This document shows, piece after piece, positions 1 through 6,747 of a stretch of 64,000 bases of DNA (position 1 is its first letter; each line of letters starts with the position of its first letter). The position numbers were made by a program, and so were the translations under genes. The notes beneath the pieces were generated by a model, which saw only the letters and a list, made by a program, of their open reading frames with translations, was not told where the DNA came from and ran no database searches. Origin of the DNA: a virus; the IMG/VR virus record IMGVR_UViG_3300021602_000003, positions 102,257 through 166,256 of that record. One strand, given 5' to 3'.

Positions 1-273
1 CTTAGTAAGATTAATCGGATCGTTGAGTACTTTAGTAAGAGGCCGCAAATCCAAGAGCGACTAACTGAGCAGATTTATCATGCACTACAATATATTCTTG
101 AAACAGATAATATCGGAGTAGTTATTCATGCTCAACATTTTTGTGTTAAGAGTCGTGGCGTGGAAGATGTGGGATCGAGTACTGTAACAAGTAAATTGGG
201 CGGGTGTTTTAAAGATGAATCGCACGTTCGTTCTGAATTTATGAGATTAGTGCCGGTAGATTCACGGAGATAA
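1..273 (+). CDS. folE: GTP cyclohydrolase I, C-terminal part (runs off window start)
   Basis: Not in the ORF track. Frame 1 reads LSKINRIVEYFSKRPQIQERLTEQI...AQHFCVKSRGVED...GGCF...RSEF*, the typical FolE C-terminus. Confidence 0.93.
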   Translation, partial: LSKINRIVEYFSKRPQIQERLTEQIYHALQYILETDNIGVVIHAQHFCVKSRGVEDVGSSTVTSKLGGCFKDESHVRSEFMRLVPVDSRR

Positions 274-284
274 GGATATCTTAT

Positions 285-752
285 ATGATCTTTAATAAAA
301 GTAAAGAACTAAAAGGTATGAAGGTAGGGATTGTTTTCTCTACCTTCGATTTACTACATGCTGGACATATAGCAATGTTGAGCGAAGCTAAAAATCATTG
401 CGACTATTTAATAGCAGGATTGCAGACAGATCCGACAATCGACAGGCCAGGAATTAAGAACAAGCCTGTCCAGAGTATTGTAGAAAGACAAATACAACTT
501 GCCACAAATAGAAATGTAGACGAAGTAGTTGTATATGAAACTGAAAAAGATCTAGAAGACTTATTGTTAATTTTACCAGTTAATGTAAGAATACTAGGTG
601 TAGAGTATAAAGATATATCCTTTACTGGAAAAGATATATGTCGTAACCGAAATATTGAAATAGTATATAACGGACGCGATCATAGTTTTAGTTCCAGTAA
701 TCTACGAAAGCGTGTGGCAGATTCTGAAAATTGTAAGGAGAAACTACTATGA
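285..752 (+). CDS. TagD-like cytidylyltransferase (HIGH nucleotidyltransferase)
   Basis: FDLLHAGH motif, VDEVVVY, C-terminal SSSNLRKR. Confidence 0.88.
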   Translation: MIFNKSKELKGMKVGIVFSTFDLLHAGHIAMLSEAKNHCDYLIAGLQTDPTIDRPGIKNKPVQSIVERQIQLATNRNVDEVVVYETEKDLEDLLLILPVNVRILGVEYKDISFTGKDICRNRNIEIVYNGRDHSFSSSNLRKRVADSENCKEKLL

Positions 753-907
753 TTGCATTACTCTTAATAATACTCGCATTAAATCTGTGCATTGTTCTCA
801 GATTAGCAATAGTATATGGAAGAATCATTGAATCGAATTGTACACACGATTGTGATCAAGGCAGGAATTGTACCTGCTGTAATAAAGACGAAAAAGAGGC
901 ATTATGA
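749..907 (+). CDS. small membrane-anchored Cys-rich protein (52 aa)
   Basis: Hand-translated MIALLLIILALNLCIV...CTHDCDQGRNCTCC; overlaps both neighbours by ATGA coupling. Confidence 0.6.
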   Translation: MIALLLIILALNLCIVLRLAIVYGRIIESNCTHDCDQGRNCTCCNKDEKEAL

Positions 908-1380
908 CAAAATATATTTCAACTAAAACATATAAACAAATTGGGCCAGTAGCTTATAGACAATGGCGATCAGATTCCCATTGCAATCTTATTCATGGAT
1001 ATGCACTATCTTTTCATTTAGAATTTGAATCAGACACTCTAGATGCTCGTAATTGGGTATTTGATTTCGGCGGATTAAAACCACTTAAGGGTGTATTGGA
1101 AGATTGGTTTGATCATACATTACTTGTAGCGCAGGATGACCCGATGAAAGAAGAATTGCTTCATCTTGGTCAATTAAGATTGGCAAAGATTACTGTAGTA
1201 GAAAAAACAGGCTGCGAAGGTCTTGCCGATTTTATTTATGAGTACATAAACACAATTTTTCTGCCCAATTGCGGTTCAGCAGAGGCAGAACGAGTTTGGT
1301 GCTGTAAGGTGGAAGTAAGAGAAACAGATGCTAATATGGCTATGAGAGTAGGACACAGGGAAGACAAGGAGTTCGAATAA
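904..1380 (+). CDS. queD: 6-carboxytetrahydropterin synthase (QueD/PTPS)
   Basis: HCNLIHGY, DFGGLK, FDHTLL, EGLA, VRET motifs; next to folE. Confidence 0.9.
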   Translation: MTKYISTKTYKQIGPVAYRQWRSDSHCNLIHGYALSFHLEFESDTLDARNWVFDFGGLKPLKGVLEDWFDHTLLVAQDDPMKEELLHLGQLRLAKITVVEKTGCEGLADFIYEYINTIFLPNCGSAEAERVWCCKVEVRETDANMAMRVGHREDKEFE

Positions 1381-1400
1381 TAATATATGTGATTATTTAG

Positions 1401-1409
1401 TGATAAATA
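1401..1409 (+). promoter_or_regulatory. late-promoter-like TGATAAATA, 4 nt before ATG 1414
   Basis: Resembles the T4 late promoter TATAAATA and recurs in intergenic DNA throughout the window. Confidence 0.55.
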
Positions 1410-1413
1410 TTAG

Positions 1414-2481
1414 ATGATATTTGCACTATTAACTTTATTCTCTGCTTTATCGCTTGCAGCGGTAGCTGGCTGGTTCTCTATAGTAGGTATTATGTCTATT
1501 TATGCAGGTGCGCCAATGCACGCCGCATTTGTAATGGGTGTAGTTTTAGAGTTCGCTAAATTAGTTACAGTAAGTTGGATATATAGGAATTGGCCCGAAG
1601 CTAAATGGAAATTGCGAGGCCCCCTTATATATTCCATCGCTGCACTAATGCTAATAACAAGCATTTCCGTATTTGGCTTTTTAACGAAAAGCCATTTAGA
1701 ACAAGGTGCTGCTACCATAGATAATTCTGCTAAGGTAGAAAGATTAGACCAGCAGATAGCAAGAGAAAAATCTGTTATAGCGGATGATGAAAAAGTTATC
1801 ACACAGTTAGATACAACAGTTAATTCTTATCTAGGTAAAGATAATGCAGATAGGGCGGTAGTAATACGCCGTTCACAAGCTTCGCAGCGTAAACAATTGC
1901 GCGGAGATATAGAATCTGCTCACAAAAAGATAGATGGATATAGTGACGAGAAGTTTAAATTACAATCCGAAGTTAGAGCACTTAAATTAGAAGTTGGCCC
2001 CATTAGGTATATTGCCGAGTTATTTTATAGTAGCAGTGGCGATGAAACTAAAAATATTGAAGCGGCAGTAAAATTATTTACATTACTGATTGTATCGACA
2101 TTAGATCCTTTAGCAGTTATACTATTAATTGCCGCTAACCATACCTTACTGCGACTCCAAAATGAGAAAAGTAAAAAGAAAGAAACGGATCCGGTTGATG
2201 GGCCGCAAATTACTATCCCCGATGACAAAGAGCAAGTTGAAGACTCTCCGCATATCGAAGAAAGCAGGAGCAGCGAACCCGACCAGCGTGTGGATTTTTC
2301 TGGAATACCTCTTCATGCAGTCGAAGAAGAAGCCAAGATACATGATTCAGTACCTGAAGAAATTGTGGAATTATTAGATAATAGAATAGAAAAATCAGAC
2401 GAAGTTAAACATACTCCAAAAAAGTATCCCACCGCGTTGAGTTGGTTGGCAGAATTTAGAAAGTCAAAAAATAATGGATAA
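1414..2481 (+). CDS. membrane protein with coiled coil and acidic tail
   Basis: Three N-terminal hydrophobic helices, long coiled coil, fourth TM segment (DPLAVILLIAA). Confidence 0.75.
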   Translation: MIFALLTLFSALSLAAVAGWFSIVGIMSIYAGAPMHAAFVMGVVLEFAKLVTVSWIYRNWPEAKWKLRGPLIYSIAALMLITSISVFGFLTKSHLEQGAATIDNSAKVERLDQQIAREKSVIADDEKVITQLDTTVNSYLGKDNADRAVVIRRSQASQRKQLRGDIESAHKKIDGYSDEKFKLQSEVRALKLEVGPIRYIAELFYSSSGDETKNIEAAVKLFTLLIVSTLDPLAVILLIAANHTLLRLQNEKSKKKETDPVDGPQITIPDDKEQVEDSPHIEESRSSEPDQRVDFSGIPLHAVEEEAKIHDSVPEEIVELLDNRIEKSDEVKHTPKKYPTALSWLAEFRKSKNNG

Positions 2482-3709
2482 TATCGAAAATAAAATAATT
2501 AGGAAGATCGTCAATTGTTCTTATTGTGGAAAGGGGAGACACGAAGTAGAACAAATGGTAGAAGGACCGGAGTTCGGTGGAAAGATTATTTATATATGCA
2601 ACGAATGCGTAGATGTTACATATAATACAATACATACCGAAGAAGTAGATGTTATAAAGAAGAAAAAAGAAAAAATATTAATTCCTGAAGAAATTAAAAA
2701 ATTCTTGGATGAATATATTATAGGTCAAGATAATGCCAAGATTGCTATATCTGTGGCTGTCTATAATCATTATAAACGAATCAATAATAAATCTAAGACA
2801 GAATTAGAAAAATCCAATCTACTAATGATTGGTGAATCGGGATGCGGGAAGACACTTCTTGTAAAAACAGTAGCCAAATTATTCGACTTACCTTGCGTTA
2901 TAGCAGATGCCACAACATTAACCGAAGCAGGATACGTAGGTGAGGATGTTCAAAATTTAATAAGCCTCCTTATACAAAACGCCGGGGATGATGTAGACAG
3001 GGCTCGTACAGGCATTATATTCATAGACGAAATAGATAAAAAGAGTCGTAAGAGCGAATCTGCTGTAACTGGACGAGATGTATCCGGCGAAGGCGTGCAA
3101 CAGGCATTGTTAAAATTAATAGAAGGCTCAGTTATAAAGATAGAAGATGGGTATGACGAACCTATCGATTTCGATACGAAAGATATATTGTTTGTATGTA
3201 GCGGAGCATTTGTAGGGTTAGACGAAGTTGTTCGAAAGAATAGATCCAAGACAGGAATAGGTATCGGTGCAAACATAAGTACAAGATCATCTTTTTCTGA
3301 AACAATTAAAGATATACGATCCGATGACCTAATTAAATATGGCCTTATTCCTGAATTTGTAGGCAGATGTCCTGTTACTGTTGTTTTTGATGATCTTACC
3401 GCAGATATATTGGTTAAGATATTGAAAGAGCCTAAGAACAGTATAGTTGAACAATTTAAGGCGTTATTCAAATACGAAGGGGTTTCTTTAGACTTCGATG
3501 ATAAATACCTACAGAATGTAGCTGATAATTCTTTGAAGCAAAAGATAGGTGCACGTGGGTTACGAGCAATAATGGAGAAGGATCTTCAGGCTACACAATT
3601 TGTACTTCCGAAATTAGCAAAAAACGGCGTCAACAAAATATTTGTAGATGCGAATGGAACAATTAAACATGTATACAAGGCAGCAAAAAGAGCAAAAAAT
3701 GAGCAGTAA
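2474..3709 (+). CDS. clpX: Clp protease ATPase ClpX
   Basis: C4 zinc domain (CSYC...CNEC), Walker A GESGCGKT, DATTLTEAGYVGED, DEIDK, RDVSGEGVQQALLK, GARGLR. Confidence 0.95.
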   Translation: MDNIENKIIRKIVNCSYCGKGRHEVEQMVEGPEFGGKIIYICNECVDVTYNTIHTEEVDVIKKKKEKILIPEEIKKFLDEYIIGQDNAKIAISVAVYNHYKRINNKSKTELEKSNLLMIGESGCGKTLLVKTVAKLFDLPCVIADATTLTEAGYVGEDVQNLISLLIQNAGDDVDRARTGIIFIDEIDKKSRKSESAVTGRDVSGEGVQQALLKLIEGSVIKIEDGYDEPIDFDTKDILFVCSGAFVGLDEVVRKNRSKTGIGIGANISTRSSFSETIKDIRSDDLIKYGLIPEFVGRCPVTVVFDDLTADILVKILKEPKNSIVEQFKALFKYEGVSLDFDDKYLQNVADNSLKQKIGARGLRAIMEKDLQATQFVLPKLAKNGVNKIFVDANGTIKHVYKAAKRAKNEQ

Positions 3710-3959
3710 ATATAAAGACAGCAAGAGACACAGAGGTATGTTTGTAGAAGTTAGGAACGACGACTTTGGACGAGCATTAAGGACTTTCTCTAAGAAAGTT
3801 CAAGATTCGGGATTAATGCAAGTCCTTAAAGAAAATATGTCTTATGAAAAACCTGCGGTCTTAAGACAGCGAATGAAAAAACAAGCTCGTAAGCGTTGGG
3901 AAAGAACTGTAGAAGAAATGATAACAAACGGTCATTGGCATAAAGACAAAAACTATTAA
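3699..3959 (+). CDS. rpsU: ribosomal protein bS21 homolog
   Basis: VEVRNDDFGRALRTFSKKV..SGL.......YEKP...R..K..ARKR pattern; start taken at ATG 3699. Confidence 0.8.
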   Translation: MSSKYKDSKRHRGMFVEVRNDDFGRALRTFSKKVQDSGLMQVLKENMSYEKPAVLRQRMKKQARKRWERTVEEMITNGHWHKDKNY

Positions 3960-3986
3960 TTAGTATATAATGTCAGTGAGGTAAAT

Positions 3987-4088
3987 AATTTTGCAAGATG
4001 CCCATAATGGGGTTTTGTAAATTAGCAGTATGGTACTGCAACGTGTTTTGATATAGCACGATAAACTTGCTTTAAAGGAGTAATTATG
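3987..4088 (+). promoter_or_regulatory. ROSE-like RNA thermometer 5'UTR
   Basis: Four consecutive hairpins; the last (ACUUGCU-UUAA-AGGAGU) pairs UUGCU, with a bulged G, against the SD of an sHSP gene. Confidence 0.7.
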
Positions 4089-4496
4089 TCAAGAAATGAT
4101 TTCACACGGCTATTCGATCAATTAGATTCTCTTACTGTTGGCTTTGGTCCAGTGTTTAGAGACTTCCAGGTTCCTACAAATAACTATCCTCCGCACAACA
4201 TTGTTAAAATTTCTGACAATGAATTTTATCTTGAATTAGCAGTAGCTGGATTTAAGAAGGATGAAATGAAGATGGAAGAACACCAGGGTCTGTTAACAAT
4301 TACTGGAGACAAGAATGTCGATCCAGATTCGGCCTACCAGTATAGAGGTATTGCAGGTCGTTCATTCTCGAAGAGCTTCCGTATCGCTGAATATTTTGAA
4401 GTAAATGCAGCATCTATGGAAGATGGCATCTTAACAGTTAACTTTGTTAAGAATGCACCAGAAGAAGCCAAACCTAAGTTGATTGCAATCAAATAA
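4086..4496 (+). CDS. ibpA: small heat shock protein (Hsp20/IbpA family)
   Basis: NYPPHNI, LAVAGF, YRGIAGRSF.KSF, A.MEDGIL, PEEAKPKLIAIK. Confidence 0.93.
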   Translation: MSRNDFTRLFDQLDSLTVGFGPVFRDFQVPTNNYPPHNIVKISDNEFYLELAVAGFKKDEMKMEEHQGLLTITGDKNVDPDSAYQYRGIAGRSFSKSFRIAEYFEVNAASMEDGILTVNFVKNAPEEAKPKLIAIK

Positions 4497-4513
4497 GATT
4501 GATTGACTTATTT

Positions 4514-4550
4514 GCCCCGGATATGTAATAATATATTACATATTTGGGGT
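4514..4550 (+). promoter_or_regulatory. 17-bp stem-loop between hsp20 and clpS covering the clpS RBS region
   Basis: GCCCCGGATATGTAATA-ATA-TATTACATATTTGGGGT; TTGACT at 4503. Confidence 0.55.
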
Positions 4551-4555
4551 CACAT

Positions 4556-4861
4556 ATGACAGAAACAGACGTTATTGAAAAAATCGAGGAATCTACCGAT
4601 ATAAAGATTCCTAAGATGTACAAAGTGTTATTGCATAATGACAATACCACTACGGCGGATTTTGTTGTTGCTGTCCTTCTACGTATCTTTCATAGAACGT
4701 TAGAAGATTCTATGCTTGTAACACAAGAAGTTCATGAGAATGGTATAGGTATTGCCGGCTCGCCCTACACACACGAAGTGGCTAATGAGAAGGTTGTAGA
4801 AACTACTAGTTTCTCCAGATTAAATAATTTTCCTCTAGTAACCACATTAGAAGAAATTTAA
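4556..4861 (+). CDS. clpS: N-degron adaptor ClpS
   Basis: PKMYKVLLHNDN.T..DFV..VL, EVHENG, EVA..KV, FPL..TLEE; ATG 4556 preferred. Confidence 0.92.
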   Translation: MTETDVIEKIEESTDIKIPKMYKVLLHNDNTTTADFVVAVLLRIFHRTLEDSMLVTQEVHENGIGIAGSPYTHEVANEKVVETTSFSRLNNFPLVTTLEEI

Positions 4862-4887
4862 AATAAATACAATATTAGAATACATGA

Positions 4888-5925
4888 ATGTTAGACAAAT
4901 TAATTCCCGTTAAATCCTTTCTAGGTAAGTATCACCAGGAATTATTATCTCTGTCAAAACAAGACAAATATAAAAATACTGACCTAGGTAGATTCTTCGA
5001 ACAACGATTTCATATACAGAATAATAAAGTTCGAATGATCGTTGATCCGTTAATTACAGATTTAACATTAGTAATTAGTGGTAATGAAATTTATATAAGT
5101 AAGAAATTGTACGATCATCCAAATGTTATTGTTAATAACTCTTTGGAGTCTAGTCAGCAGGTAGATATAAAAGAATTATATGATTCCGAAATATTTTCTA
5201 CTATCGCCTATCTTCTATGTCAGAACCAAACTACTCTGCAGATTGTAGGAGAGATAGACGAGCCCATTTATATAACATATAAAGCCGATTACGAAACATT
5301 TTATAATTCCTTATTAGTCTTTGATATACTAGACGGTATCGAAGTAGAAGTTATTGAGGAAATAGAAAGTTTCGGTGCTCTTAATGCAGTAACGAATTAT
5401 ATTTTAAGTCCCGAATCTACTTTGAATTTAAGAAGTTTTTATAAGAATCATATATCATCACTGTCATTTTTTTATAGAAATATAATTGTGCGTGATGGCG
5501 CCGCCTTTAACCATATATTATTTGGAAAGGGATCGACCACAGTGATAGACGAAAACAGAATTCAGATCTCTCCAAAAGCCATTGTAGAATTATTCGGTAT
5601 AGTAAATTCTTTAGGTAAGAATTTTCATACTATATTGGGCGTTCAATCCGAAACAAATAATTATTCAGTTTCTGTAGATTATAAAGGCATACTATTTAAG
5701 AATTCTAATGTGTCTTTTTACCCAACTATATTGGGAGAATTACCTACAGAAGATTCAGCAACAATAGATATTTCAAATATTACAACAGATGATATTCCGT
5801 CGGACGAAGTATCGTCAAAGATATCTGAATTTATATCAGGTATAGTTAATGATGCTATTTTGGTAAGAATGAGTGGGGTTAAGAGATTCTATGATAATAA
5901 ATCTAAGTATCTCTTTTCTTTATAA
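4888..5925 (+). CDS. divergent SufD/SufB-like beta-helix protein
   Basis: DEPIYI, repeating beta-strand pattern (EVEVIEEIES, TNYILSPESTL, VDYKGIL...VSFYP) as in SufBD. Confidence 0.55.
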   Translation: MLDKLIPVKSFLGKYHQELLSLSKQDKYKNTDLGRFFEQRFHIQNNKVRMIVDPLITDLTLVISGNEIYISKKLYDHPNVIVNNSLESSQQVDIKELYDSEIFSTIAYLLCQNQTTLQIVGEIDEPIYITYKADYETFYNSLLVFDILDGIEVEVIEEIESFGALNAVTNYILSPESTLNLRSFYKNHISSLSFFYRNIIVRDGAAFNHILFGKGSTTVIDENRIQISPKAIVELFGIVNSLGKNFHTILGVQSETNNYSVSVDYKGILFKNSNVSFYPTILGELPTEDSATIDISNITTDDIPSDEVSSKISEFISGIVNDAILVRMSGVKRFYDNKSKYLFSL

Positions 5926-5961
5926 ATAACAATAGTTCCTTAATAATTTTCAGGAGAAAAC

Positions 5962-6300
5962 ATGTATAAAATAACAGACATTTTATCGTTAGGTACAGAA
6001 TATACAGTAGCAGACCCAAAGGGAGATGTCATAGGTACAATACAAATTATACCTTATGATGATATCTTATCTGCTACACAAGGGTCCTATATATTCGAAT
6101 CTGAAAGCTATCAAGCATATATTGACGAATCGATTTCTATCTTATCGGGATTTGAAGAAATAGATCCTACAAAAGTATTATGGTATGCTACAACAGAAGA
6201 TGAAGTAGTAATAACAGAAATTATAGAGTATGCTTTACTGAATGGATACGACAAAATTATATTAGAACATTTAGAAGAAAAGATAGATGACAAAGTCTAA
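5962..6300 (+). CDS. hypothetical acidic protein
   Basis: AGGAG RBS; TATAAATA upstream. Confidence 0.7.
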   Translation: MYKITDILSLGTEYTVADPKGDVIGTIQIIPYDDILSATQGSYIFESESYQAYIDESISILSGFEEIDPTKVLWYATTEDEVVITEIIEYALLNGYDKIILEHLEEKIDDKV

Positions 6301-6478
6301 TAAAGTGGAACGCAATGTTTGTTCTTGGGTAGGAGAAGGTGAAGGATGCCGCCAACCAACAATATATGGTAAGGCATATTGTGAAACACACCTCGATAGG
6401 ATGTATACAACACTTTCTCCGGAAATAGCGGATTATATTATAGAGAAAGAATTAAAAAATGATACAAAAATCAAATAG
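6287..6478 (+). CDS. small Cys/His protein (resembles GcrA C-terminal domain)
   Basis: CSW..EGEGC.......AYCETH pattern. Confidence 0.5.
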   Translation: MTKSNKVERNVCSWVGEGEGCRQPTIYGKAYCETHLDRMYTTLSPEIADYIIEKELKNDTKIK

Positions 6479-6656
6479 AACTATGTCTACGGGGCATTGG
6501 TTAATGTTAGATGAGAATAAGACACCATCGCTCTCTGTACAAATTTTGAGTATGGTAGTTGTATGCACAGTAACCATACCCTTACTATTATTAGTTACGT
6601 TAGGTGCAGGAGCCACACAAGCCTATACTAAAATAAAACAATCAATTGACTTGTAA
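6459..6656 (+). CDS. small membrane protein
   Basis: One hydrophobic segment; follows the operon direction. Confidence 0.5.
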   Translation: MIQKSNRTMSTGHWLMLDENKTPSLSVQILSMVVVCTVTIPLLLLVTLGAGATQAYTKIKQSIDL

Positions 6657-6664
6657 TTAAATAG

Positions 6665-6687
6665 AAAGATACTTAGGTATCTTTTTT
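6665..6687 (+). terminator. rho-independent terminator
   Basis: AAAGATAC-TTAG-GTATCTTTTTT. Confidence 0.6.
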
Positions 6688-6747
6688 AATCGCCGGAAAC
6701 TCTACCATACATGATAAATAAGTATATTGAGTATAAAGGGGCCAGCA

